Positions 1 through 8,198 of a stretch of 64,000 nt of DNA are shown one piece after another. Location: positions 2,400,001 through 2,464,000 of the forward strand of contig OZ244937.1 of NCBI GenBank assembly GCA_965222075.1. Direction: 5' to 3'. The notes beneath the pieces are model-generated. The model was not told where the DNA came from. It saw only the letters and a program-made list of their open reading frames with translations, and did not search any database. The first letter of the stretch is position 1; every line of letters begins with the position of its first letter. The translations under genes were made by a program, and so were the position numbers. Origin of the DNA: Candidatus Latescibacterota bacterium. GTDB taxonomy: Bacteria; Latescibacterota; UBA2968; GCA-2709665.

Positions 1-1733
1 ACCGGCTGCTGCTCATCCTCTTCAGGCCTGCGTGCGTTCATCTTAGCGGAAATCGACCGGACTTCTCCGAGGAGCGCGAGGATCGCCTTTCGCCCACCTT
101 TGTGATCGAACCGCTTCCAGGCCTGGCGAAAGTCGTCGCGACAGATCGCGGCCTGACGGCTTTGGCCGCTGATCAGTTGCCCCAGGGCGATGAGCCGGCC
201 TCGGTTGCTGACGCGCGCAGGGACGCCCTCGGCGTACTGTCGAAGCTGTTGGGTGGCGACGCACGCGTCCTGGAATTCGCCCAGCACATCCTGGAGCTTC
301 TTTAACCGCTTGATTTGCGGTTTGAGCACCTTTCCGTAGATCGGGTAAAAAAACTCGAACAAATAGCGCAGCCGTTTGCATTGGATCCTGAGCGCGTGGA
401 GCGACTCGTCGGGAGAGCCGGGCGTGATCGCACGGCCATCGCGACGTACGCTCTTATAGCGTTTCCCAATGAGTTGCCAGGCGGCATCGCCAATCGTGAC
501 GACGCCGAACGTCTTCATGACCTGCCGCGACGGACCGCGTTCGAGGAACCGGGCAAAGCGATCTTTCAAACGCTCATACCGCCGACTCATCAGGCACGCC
601 AACAACCGTTTTCGCGCTTTTCGCCACTGATCGGCCAAATGCCGTTGATAGTCGCTCAGGTGCGCGGCATCCGCGGCGGGAATTTCGGCCGCGTAGTGTT
701 TGAGATTGTCCCGGTAGACATCCAGGTCGCGCACCTCGCCCAGAGCCGCCGCGACCCACCTGAACTCGCGGTTGAACGAACGGATCGAATGGGCGGGCAG
801 CACGTCTTTGAAAGCTCGAAACGCGGCGCGGAGGCGACGCGTGGACACCCGCATCTGGTGCACCCCTTCCGGCTCCAGGCCTTCCCAGGCCTTTGGCTCC
901 TGGGCGAGCATTTCCTCAAATTGTTCGAGCAAGCAGCGATACGCCAGGTGAATCGCTGAATCGGTCGGTGACAACTTCTGTTCGTGCAACCTCTGTACAA
1001 AGGGCGTGTCCCTGAACAGCCATCGCATTCGAGGGGCGCGTGGGGGCGACAGGCCCACGGTCTGCAATCCTCGCTCGAACTTACTCAGCCGCGAGGGCAA
1101 AAGGCCGAATTGTTGCTGTATCGTCGTCGCCAGTTGCCGCAACGATTCCTCCCGACCATCCTTTAACTCCATCTCCAACTCGACAAATGCCATACGGCCC
1201 GGCGCCAGCTTGCTGACCGGGACCCTGGTCGTGATGGTTGCCTGGTCGATCGCTATTTCGATCAATGCACCGTCGGAGATGCGGATGTTGAAGAGTCGGC
1301 GGTAGTTGTGTACCCGGAACAGCTCCAGCAGATCCCTTGATCGAAGACCGTTAAGCTGCTCAGCGAACCTTCCGGTGAGGAAAGAATGGCTGTTGTCTTC
1401 CGGAAACGCGACGACTTGCTGTTCCACCTCCAGTCGCTTTTGCACGACATCGTTGCCTGGGTCGATGGATTTCAACGTCAGATTCTTTTTGCCCGAGGCG
1501 TCACGCCATCGGTACGCCCATCCCGCCTTGAAAAGATGCCAGTCGGGCGTATCCCAGTAACCATCCAAGACGTCCACGGCCGAGACCGACTGCACGTCGT
1601 ACGACTGAAGAATATCGATCAGTTCTCTGACTTGCACGGCGTCTTCGATCAGGAACTTCGCTTCGATTTCCGCCCGAGCCGTCTCGGGCATAAGCGGTGG
1701 GTTTCGTGAGTCAGTCGCTTCTCTCGGTAACAT
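1..1733 (-). CDS. CYTH + CHAD domain protein (triphosphate tunnel metalloenzyme / polyphosphate-binding), 3' end runs off the window
   Basis: Not in the ORF track because it has no stop in the window. Manual translation from ATG 1733 gives MLPREATD...EIEAKFLI...DGYWDTPDWHLFKAGWAYRWR (CYTH ExExK and YxDT motifs), then VHQMRVSTRRLRAA, LGEVRDLDV and QDVLGEFQD (CHAD motifs). The + ORFs 102-305, 315-959 and 1386-1709 are its antisense shadows. Confidence 0.88.
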   Translation of the reverse strand, partial: MLPREATDSRNPPLMPETARAEIEAKFLIEDAVQVRELIDILQSYDVQSVSAVDVLDGYWDTPDWHLFKAGWAYRWRDASGKKNLTLKSIDPGNDVVQKRLEVEQQVVAFPEDNSHSFLTGRFAEQLNGLRSRDLLELFRVHNYRRLFNIRISDGALIEIAIDQATITTRVPVSKLAPGRMAFVELEMELKDGREESLRQLATTIQQQFGLLPSRLSKFERGLQTVGLSPPRAPRMRWLFRDTPFVQRLHEQKLSPTDSAIHLAYRCLLEQFEEMLAQEPKAWEGLEPEGVHQMRVSTRRLRAAFRAFKDVLPAHSIRSFNREFRWVAAALGEVRDLDVYRDNLKHYAAEIPAADAAHLSDYQRHLADQWRKARKRLLACLMSRRYERLKDRFARFLERGPSRQVMKTFGVVTIGDAAWQLIGKRYKSVRRDGRAITPGSPDESLHALRIQCKRLRYLFEFFYPIYGKVLKPQIKRLKKLQDVLGEFQDACVATQQLRQYAEGVPARVSNRGRLIALGQLISGQSRQAAICRDDFRQAWKRFDHKGGRKAILALLGEVRSISAKMNARRPEEDEQQP

Positions 1734-2136
1734 AGGGTCCGATTCCGGGTCGAAGGCTGGATCGAGATCGACTTCCCGCTCCATGGCTCAAAACATACTC
1801 CAAACAGTATATGCTGTCAAGGGCACTTTCAGCCGTCTTTGCGGCAGGCCCATCCTGGATAAGATCGCCTCCGGTCCAAACCGGCGCAAACCGGATGCTC
1901 GCACCTTCTCCGGCTTTGCAGCCTACAGGAGGCGTGGCGCAAATCTCCGGTTGAGGCCCCTGTCCGAAGCAGCGGTCATATATTACCGGGAACGGAGATT
2001 ACCGCGATTTTGGACAACCGATTGACGCACCCGGCCCTTTGTTCCCATGCCTTCGGCGAGACCTTTTCTTGCACGCCCAAGAAAAAGGCCCAAAAAGAAG
2101 GGCGCCTGCCTGTGCGTCGCACGCAATTAAGTAAAC

Positions 2137-2165
2137 TTGCGTAGACACAAAGTTTTGTGTAGTAT
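2137..2165 (+). promoter_or_regulatory. Putative sigma70 promoter with overlapping palindromic operator
   Basis: TTGCGT-17 nt-TAGTAT. The spacer carries the near-perfect inverted repeat ACACAAAG/TTTTGTGT (2145-2160). Confidence 0.45.
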
Positions 2166-2166
2166 C

Positions 2167-2256
2167 ATGCCAGTCATGCGCAAAATCCTCATCACCTGGA
2201 TCGGGCATGTGGACCTCCGTGCTCCCGAAAAGAAAAAGATCCTTTCCTGGTCGTGA
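2167..2256 (+). pseudogene. N-terminal stub of an RtcR-like/sigma54-interacting regulator of the kind found beside type I R-M loci
   Basis: MPVMRKILITWIGHVDLRAP resembles the 'ILxxWIGxxDLRA' N-terminus of these regulators. It stops after about 29 codons. Confidence 0.4.
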
Positions 2257-2365
2257 ATTGTGGCGCCATCCCTCCCAAATCCGCACAGGTGAAACTGCTT
2301 CGAGCACTCCACAAAGGGCTGGTCTATGAAGAGGGCTGATCTGGGACCGGAGATAATAATAATTA

Positions 2366-3319
2366 ATGAAATGGGCACCTCGCATAAAGCCGCTGAAAAT
2401 CCGCCGTCTTTACAGGCTTTCTCGCATCGGCGTATATGATGATGAACTTCTACTCGAAGTAGGCTGGGGCTTGTATGCTCGGTGCAGGGATGTCGCAGCT
2501 GTGGCTCGTGCCATTGACTATGGCGAAGTCCCTTGTCCTCAATGCGGGACGAACGTGAAACGCAGAAACGTATTGTCACCAGCGGAAAGCGTCTGTCTTT
2601 TTTCCGAAAAAACTTATCGGTCGGGCTGGTTCCACTGCTCTTATTGCCTGAAACGTCTCTTATGGAGCGACTGCCGGGATGCCCTTCGGGAAACCCCTCG
2701 CTGCTTCGACTGCTATTCCATGTTGAAATTGAACGCTGAAACAAATCGGCTGGAATGCCAGTGCGGAAAATCCTGGGCGGCCCACCAATACCGGCAATCA
2801 GTTACTCGTCGGCTTCGTCTTCCCTGCCCAGAGTGCGGATCTCTTATCCGAAGACCGAATTCCCAAAGCAATCGCCGGGATGCAAGTAATGACGGTGAAC
2901 GCAAAGCCTCCTCTGCAAACCGTGAGTTCCTCTGTCCCAAATGCGGGAAGACGGCCGTACATTCGGGAGGCTACCTTCACTGTCCGCATTGTGATTACCG
3001 GCGCCGATGGAGAAACTTTCGTAAGTCACTGAAACGGCGCGATGAGAAACTGCTCTGCCATGGATGCGGCCACATCTTTAAGTGGCAGACGTGGAGGAAG
3101 GAAGTTTCGAGTCTAAAACTGAGAACAGGCCACCCATTCCCTGCACAGCTATTCATTGAAAAATGGCCCAGCTGCAAGAAACCTGAAGAAAAGATGCTCC
3201 AAATTGATTTCCTGATCCAGGCCCTGCATGGCCGCGGAGCATTGGCTCCCGTATTTATTGCGGGGAATGAGCGGAATATCCGTCAGTTACTTGACCAACT
3301 GGGGGCGCAGGTCGTCTGA
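2366..3319 (+). CDS. Hypothetical basic multi-zinc-ribbon protein
   Basis: 317 aa with CPQC, CSYC, CFDC, CQC, CPEC, CPKC, CPHC and CHGC; Arg/Lys-rich; GGAG upstream. Confidence 0.75.
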   Translation: MKWAPRIKPLKIRRLYRLSRIGVYDDELLLEVGWGLYARCRDVAAVARAIDYGEVPCPQCGTNVKRRNVLSPAESVCLFSEKTYRSGWFHCSYCLKRLLWSDCRDALRETPRCFDCYSMLKLNAETNRLECQCGKSWAAHQYRQSVTRRLRLPCPECGSLIRRPNSQSNRRDASNDGERKASSANREFLCPKCGKTAVHSGGYLHCPHCDYRRRWRNFRKSLKRRDEKLLCHGCGHIFKWQTWRKEVSSLKLRTGHPFPAQLFIEKWPSCKKPEEKMLQIDFLIQALHGRGALAPVFIAGNERNIRQLLDQLGAQVV

Positions 3320-3355
3320 GCTTTCAGGTGCTCCAGGAACTCTACCCGACCCTCT

Positions 3356-3409
3356 GAACTGATCGCGGGTCAACTTCCCAAGCGACAGCAGCATCTGGTT
3401 GAGGCCTGG
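3356..3409 (+). pseudogene. Remnant of a DUF4160-type toxin
   Basis: Reads ELIAGQLPKRQQHLVEAW, the typical 'GxLPxxQxxLVxAW' segment, directly upstream of a DUF2442 gene. It has no start codon or N-terminus. Confidence 0.6.
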
Positions 3410-3422
3410 AAAGGAGATCGAC

Positions 3423-3725
3423 ATGCATCATCCCATATATCGCGTAATATTTTTTGAAATACACGCGCCCTATACGCTTCGAGTTTGTTTTGACGATGAT
3501 ACGGAACAGATTATCGATTTCCAGGCCATATTGGAAGGTGAATTATTCGGTCCACTTCGTGATTTATCCTTATTCAATCAAGTTCGGATTGATCCCGAGG
3601 TCTATACTCTGGTATGGCCGAATGGGGCTGATTTTGATCCAGCCACTTTACATGATTGGCCTCAGCATCTTCCCGAACTTAAGCGCATGGGCAAGCGTTG
3701 GTCTCTTGCCGGGACGAAGAATTAA
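3423..3725 (+). CDS. DUF2442-family putative antitoxin
   Basis: YTLRVCFDD...GELFGPLRD..LFNQVRID...TLVWPNGADFDPATL signature; AGGAG RBS before ATG 3423. Confidence 0.85.
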   Translation: MHHPIYRVIFFEIHAPYTLRVCFDDDTEQIIDFQAILEGELFGPLRDLSLFNQVRIDPEVYTLVWPNGADFDPATLHDWPQHLPELKRMGKRWSLAGTKN

Positions 3726-3747
3726 CGCGGTCTTAAAGAGGTCTATT

Positions 3748-4116
3748 ATGCAGGCAGTCGTGAAAACGCCCCGTATTGAAATCAACATCAAGGGAGAGAT
3801 TCCCGACAAGTTGATGTCCGTGTTGGAAGAGGAGTACGGCGAACAGGTTCAACTTTCCGAAGATAACGACGAAGAGCACGTTAATATCTTTGAGACCGAT
3901 TGGTATCGGAGTATCAAATCAGGAATGACACCGGGCAATAATTTGAGGATTTACCGGGAGAATCACGGTTTGACTCAGGCCAGGCTGGGTGAGATGCTTG
4001 GCGGTGTTCCTCGCCAGCATATCTCAAATATGGAGAGAGAGGTGAGGTCGATCAGCCTGAGAACAGCACGAAAACTGGCAGAGATATTCAAAATATCCCC
4101 TGAGAAGTTCATTTGA
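3748..4116 (+). CDS. XRE/HigA-like HTH antitoxin or regulator (orphan)
   Basis: C-terminal LRIYRENHGLTQARLGEMLG..RQHISNMER HTH; GAGG RBS before ATG 3748. No HigB/RelE gene lies upstream. Confidence 0.85.
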   Translation: MQAVVKTPRIEINIKGEIPDKLMSVLEEEYGEQVQLSEDNDEEHVNIFETDWYRSIKSGMTPGNNLRIYRENHGLTQARLGEMLGGVPRQHISNMEREVRSISLRTARKLAEIFKISPEKFI

Positions 4117-4316
4117 GGACTGGAAATAGCAAACAGGACTCAACATTAACCCACGTGTTAGGGTTCACTCCCTGCGGTCACCCCGACTCAAATGGCAGTG
4201 GGTTCGTGTGTTGACTTGATCGAACACCCCATTGCCTCCGGGCGACTTAAGAACGGTATACCATGGACCAGAAACTGCGCCGCAAGTTCAAACGGATCAC
4301 AGACATCCTCTGGGCG

Positions 4317-4769
4317 GTCAAAACCTCCGTCCTCGTCTTCCGCCGCCCCGCGACCGGGCCGGAGGAGGGCCAGACCGCGACGAAACACGTGTGATTCTAC
4401 GAGATCCGCAACGACGGCTACGACCCCGACAAGATCCAGGGCGGCGGCCGTCCCGAAACACCGGAGAAGAACGACATCCCCGGCCTGCTCGCAGCGTGGG
4501 CCGATTACAAAGCCTCCCGCTTCGAGAAACCACCCGGCGAGGAGGCCTGCGCCCTGCTCGAACCGGGCAGGGACGAGCCCCGCTGCTGGTGGACGACCTT
4601 CGAGACCATCGCCGGGAACGACTACAACCTCGCCGCCTCCCGCTACAAGCCGCGTGTTGCCGAAGCGGTCCCCGACGAAGACCCGGCGGAACTGATCCGC
4701 GAGGTCCTGGCGATCGAACGCGAGATCACAGCGGGCCTGGAGAAACTGCTCGAAGAGGTGGAAAAGTAG
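4317..4769 (+). pseudogene. hsdM: Type I R-M methyltransferase (HsdM) C-terminal fragment with an in-frame TGA
   Basis: VKTSVLVF...TKHV*FYEIRNDGY...NDYNLAASRYKP...DPAELIREVLAIEREITAGLEKLL matches the HsdM C-terminus. TGA at 4392-4394 replaces the usual Trp of 'VWFY', and the N-terminal catalytic part is absent. Confidence 0.8.
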
Positions 4770-4806
4770 CTCCAGAGACTTGATCTGCGGATACTGGAGG
4801 TCCAGC

Positions 4807-5049
4807 ATGAAGAACATCACAATCACCCTGCCGGAGCATGTCCTCCGGTGGCTGCGGGTCAAGGCCGCCGAGAACGAGCGCAGCGTCTCCAAATGGCTGG
4901 CCGAACTGCTGGAAAGGATGCAGCGCCAGGAAGACGAGTACGAGGTCGCAATGAAGCGCTACCTGGCGATGAAGCCACGCAAGATCAACTGGCGGGACGG
5001 CCGCAGGCCGACACGCGAGGAATTGTATGACCGGCCCGGTCTTCGTTGA
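4807..5049 (+). CDS. Ribbon-helix-helix (CopG/VapB-like) antitoxin
   Basis: MKNITITLPEHVLRWLRVKAAENERSVSKWLAELL...TREELYDR; GGAGG RBS. Confidence 0.85.
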   Translation: MKNITITLPEHVLRWLRVKAAENERSVSKWLAELLERMQRQEDEYEVAMKRYLAMKPRKINWRDGRRPTREELYDRPGLR

Positions 5050-5130
5050 CACGACCCGGTTCGGGTGATCAATCCGTTTGCGTCGCCGGACCGGACGCCG
5101 GAAGAGATACTGGAAGCCCTGGCGTCGTGA
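5027..5130 (+). pseudogene. PIN/VapC toxin with almost the whole interior deleted
   Basis: The overlapping start MTGPVFVDT (PIN N-terminal 'FVDT') is joined out of frame to VRVINPF...* (typical PIN C-terminus). Confidence 0.7.
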
Positions 5131-5293
5131 GCAGTGTGATCGTCGTGGCACATCTGGTAATGCCACCAATCGCACACCTGGGAGGGCGTTGCCTACACCG
5201 TCAGTTTCGGCATGACTCTGCTCTACTGGCGCCGGGTTCTCTGAGAAGAACCTGTGCCTCATGATCGCGTGTGACAATCAAGGAGGTACAAAC

Positions 5294-5539
5294 TTGAAAT
5301 CGATTGACAGAGACATCGTAATCCCCGCGGACGGCACGTTGCCGCAGGATTTCCGCGAAGCATTTGGCCGGAAGGCCCGTGTCGTCGTCTACCTGAAGGA
5401 CGACGAGTTCCAAAATACGCAACTCAACCAACGCCTGATGAGCCTCGCCGGCAAAATTCGGGCATTCCGAGACATTGACGACCCGGTTGGCTTGCAGCGC
5501 GACCTTCGAAATTCGTGGAAGCGTGGTTGGGACCAATGA
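5294..5539 (+). CDS. Putative antitoxin partner of the downstream VapC
   Basis: AGGAGG RBS then TTG start; ends DPVGLQRDLRNSW; ATGA overlap with the PIN gene. Confidence 0.7.
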   Translation: MKSIDRDIVIPADGTLPQDFREAFGRKARVVVYLKDDEFQNTQLNQRLMSLAGKIRAFRDIDDPVGLQRDLRNSWKRGWDQ

Positions 5540-5907
5540 CTACCGACCGTTTCCTGATTGACACCAATATCTTCATACTGTTGTTCAACAACCGTCTGGC
5601 GGAGCCTTTGCCGCCGGGCGAGCTTGCATGTTCGATAATCACCGAAATGGAATTGCTGTCTTTTCCGACTATTACTCCGCCGGAGGAAGTGTCGATACGC
5701 GAGATGCTTGCTGGCTTGACGGTGTACGGTATTGACCAGGAGACAAAAGAGAAAGCGATTCGTTTACGGCGCGACTTACAGCTCAAATTGCCCGATGCAA
5801 TCATCGTCGCGACTGCGATTTGCCACCATGCCGTCCTGCTAACGAATGACGCCGAGTTGGGAAGCGTCCCGGGTTCGAGAAGCCGGACCATAACGGTGAG
5901 CCAATAG
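5536..5907 (+). CDS. vapC: PIN-domain VapC toxin (intact)
   Basis: FLIDTNIFI, SIITEMELL, LKLPDAIIVATA and LLTND give the full acidic PIN residue set. Confidence 0.9.
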   Translation: MTTDRFLIDTNIFILLFNNRLAEPLPPGELACSIITEMELLSFPTITPPEEVSIREMLAGLTVYGIDQETKEKAIRLRRDLQLKLPDAIIVATAICHHAVLLTNDAELGSVPGSRSRTITVSQ

Positions 5908-5967
5908 ATGAAGGGAAGCCAAATTCGTCCGAGCGGGGCTGGAGAAGTCGCTGAGCGAGGTAGAGCA

Positions 5968-6735
5968 ATGACCCAGGTCACCGACACACTCATAGACCGG
6001 ATGGTCCGGGCCATCGTTGACGAAGTCGATCCCGAGCAGGTGATCCTTTTCGGCTCCCGCGGCCGGGGCGACGAGCGGCAAGATTCGGATGTGGATCTGG
6101 TCGTCGTGGAAGCCGAGCCCTTCGGCCCGGAGCGAAGTCGCCACAAAGAGATGGTCAGACTCTACCACGCGCTGGCGGGCTTTCCCGTCCCCGCCGACAT
6201 CCTCGTCTACTCCCATGAAGACGTCGACTACTGGCGCGACTCCCTCAACCACGTCCTGGCGCGGGTGCTGCGGGAAGGGCGGGCACTTTATGAGCAACAG
6301 CCCGTACCGATGGCGGAGTGCTGCGCGAAAGCAAGGTGCTCTTTCCGCGATGTCAAATGCGCCCGGATGCTCGTCGAAGCGACTGAACGCCATGTCCTCA
6401 CGCTCCGGAACCTGACTGCCGCCGCGCCGGAAGAATCGTTTGGATTCCATGTGCAACAGGCAGCGGAGAAGGCGTTCAAAGCCTGGCTCGCACTGCTGGG
6501 TGAGATGTACCCGCTCACCCACAATCTCGAAGCGCTGCTGGGCCTCCTCGCCGACCGGGGCGTCGCTACGAAACCTTTCCGGAAGCTGATCAACTACACA
6601 CCCTACGCCGTCAAGTTTCGTTATGAGGGTGTCAACTCGAGTACCGAGCCGATTGATCGCGAGGATGCGCTCACACTCGTCGAAACGCTGCTAAAACAGG
6701 TCCGGCGGCAGCTGGCAGAACAGGAGGGGGCGTGA
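5968..6735 (+). CDS. Fused minimal nucleotidyltransferase (MNT) - HEPN protein
   Basis: ILFGSRGRG...DSDVDL (MNT) followed in frame by FHVQQAAEKAFKA...THNL...FRY (HEPN). Confidence 0.85.
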   Translation: MTQVTDTLIDRMVRAIVDEVDPEQVILFGSRGRGDERQDSDVDLVVVEAEPFGPERSRHKEMVRLYHALAGFPVPADILVYSHEDVDYWRDSLNHVLARVLREGRALYEQQPVPMAECCAKARCSFRDVKCARMLVEATERHVLTLRNLTAAAPEESFGFHVQQAAEKAFKAWLALLGEMYPLTHNLEALLGLLADRGVATKPFRKLINYTPYAVKFRYEGVNSSTEPIDREDALTLVETLLKQVRRQLAEQEGA

Positions 6736-7303
6736 TGAAGTGGCCTAGACCCCGTCTCAGGCAGCTTCTACTCGACGCGAGAAGCGGAACATGGGGCTCC
6801 CCACCAGACGAATCGAAGCCTGTGTATCCGGTGTTGCGCTCCACAAACATTCAGGATGGCAAGCTCGTAGTTGACAACCCGGCACTACGGACGCTGTCTG
6901 AGAACACTGTTGAGAAGTATCATGAGAAGGAGACATACTCGTAACAACTTCGTCGGGAAGCTCACGCCTTCTCGGAAAGAACGCGATTATAGAGAACCTT
7001 CCTGGAAACAACGATAAGTACGTGTTCTCAAACTTCACATGGAGACTCCGTCCAGTCGTGAGCCATGTGCTCCCAAAATTCCTCTATTACTACCTCAATT
7101 CTCCTACTGCTCGCACCGAACTTGAACGCATCCAAAGCACGACCAGCGGTCTCAGAAAGCTGAATATCGAAACCCTGAAGACAGTTCTGTATGAAATATT
7201 TGTCCTTCCAGACGAGAAGAAACAACGCATTAGCGCGATACAGCAGCTTCGGGAACAGGCCCTTGGGAAAAGCGCGAATAGAACAACTGAGGTGAATCAA
7301 TGA
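6732..7303 (+). pseudogene. hsdS: Type I R-M specificity subunit (HsdS), single TRD, frameshifted
   Basis: PVLRSTNIQDG in one frame continues as EGDILVTTSSGS..LLGK...FSNFTWRLRP...PKFLYYYLNS in another; the shift is near 6925. The second TRD is missing. Confidence 0.8.
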
Positions 7304-7524
7304 ACACCAAGGCAATCAGCAGGAATCCTGGCATCCTCGGCGGAACCCCGGTGTTCTCTGGAACCAGAGTCCCGATACGTATCCTGATCGAACACCTGGA
7401 AGCAGGGGACCGTCTCGACGACTTCCTTGACAGCTACCCCACAGTGTCACGTGACCAGGCGATTGAGGTACTCAAAACCGCGAAAATGGCACTGACCGGG
7501 AAATCGGATGAAGCTGTTGTTTGA
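7300..7524 (+). CDS. DUF433-family antitoxin
   Basis: ISRNPGILGGTPVFSGTRVPI...FLDSYPTV signature. Confidence 0.92.
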   Translation: MNTKAISRNPGILGGTPVFSGTRVPIRILIEHLEAGDRLDDFLDSYPTVSRDQAIEVLKTAKMALTGKSDEAVV

Positions 7525-7669
7525 CGAGTCCATGCCGAGACCACTCGGGGCGTACTTCCCGAGATCATTCGAGATACTTACGGTCCAGCGCATGGGCTGG
7601 ACGGGACGATCGAACGGTGATCTCCTGCGCCTGGACGCGGCCCACGAATTCGAGCAATTCGAATGGTGA
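7508..7669 (+). pseudogene. Truncated DUF5615 PIN-like toxin
   Basis: MKLLFDESMPRPL...TVQRMGWTGRSNGDLLRL then a stop after 53 aa, about half the usual length. It overlaps the DUF433 gene as expected for this pair. Confidence 0.75.
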
Positions 7670-7767
7670 ACCTGAAACGAATCCATACCTACAATGCCGT
7701 CAACCTCAAGAAAGGCTACCCCCTTCTCGAGATTCGAACTCCCCGGGAGATTTCAGACGATGAGTAA
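7663..7767 (+). pseudogene. C-terminal remnant of a PIN-domain toxin
   Basis: MVNLKRIHTYNAVNLKKGYPLLEIRTPREI resembles the C-terminus of the 'SWNFKH..N' PIN subfamily and overlaps the next small gene. Confidence 0.6.
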
Positions 7768-7969
7768 GCCTTCTACCAAAATCTTCGATTGTGTCCGAAA
7801 TATGCGCCAGAATCGAGACAGGCTCAGTGCCGAGATTGCGGACATGAGCTACGACGAACTGGCGAAGTGGCTTCGAGTCCATCAGTATTCGGACCCTCTT
7901 CTCCAACGGCTGGCGGAGAAGGCTGCCCAACAAGCCGATGCAGCGGACCAGCCTGCGGCCGGTTTGTAA
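7760..7969 (+). CDS. Small putative antitoxin-like hypothetical protein
   Basis: KIFDCVRNMRQNRDRLSAEIADMS...; its 3' end runs into an attC-like left arm. Confidence 0.6.
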   Translation: MSKPSTKIFDCVRNMRQNRDRLSAEIADMSYDELAKWLRVHQYSDPLLQRLAEKAAQQADAADQPAAGL

Positions 7970-8198
7970 TTGGCTGACCCGTGCTCTACTTGATTGGCTG
8001 CGCTCACGAGTGAACGCTACTTCAAGAACTTTTCGGGATGAGAGAGCAGATAGATGATCACGCTGATTGAAGCCCTGGACGAGACGATCGAACAGTGATC
8101 TCCTGCGCCTGGCCGCGGCCCACGAATTCGAGCAGTTCAAGCGGTAATGGAGAAAACTCGATGGTCTCGCACGACGATCTTAAGGACGGCCTTATCTG

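Larger units (their letters stand above)
7597..8147 (+). repeat. ~73-bp imperfect direct repeat (7597-7669 and 8075-8147)
   Basis: CTGGACG(G/A)GACGATCGAAC(G/A)GTGATCTCCTGCGCCTGG(A/C)CGCGGCCCACGAATTCGAGCA... occurs twice. Confidence 0.9.

Noticed and set aside
4147-4190. attC site after the HTH gene
   Set aside because: The TAAC-GTTAGGG spacing is far too short; it looks more like a degenerate REP-type hairpin.
4392-4394. In-frame TGA at a conserved Trp position, suggesting recoding or selenocysteine
   Set aside because: TGA is the normal stop for many genes here and Trp is TGG elsewhere. The gene is also 5'-truncated, so this is a nonsense mutation.
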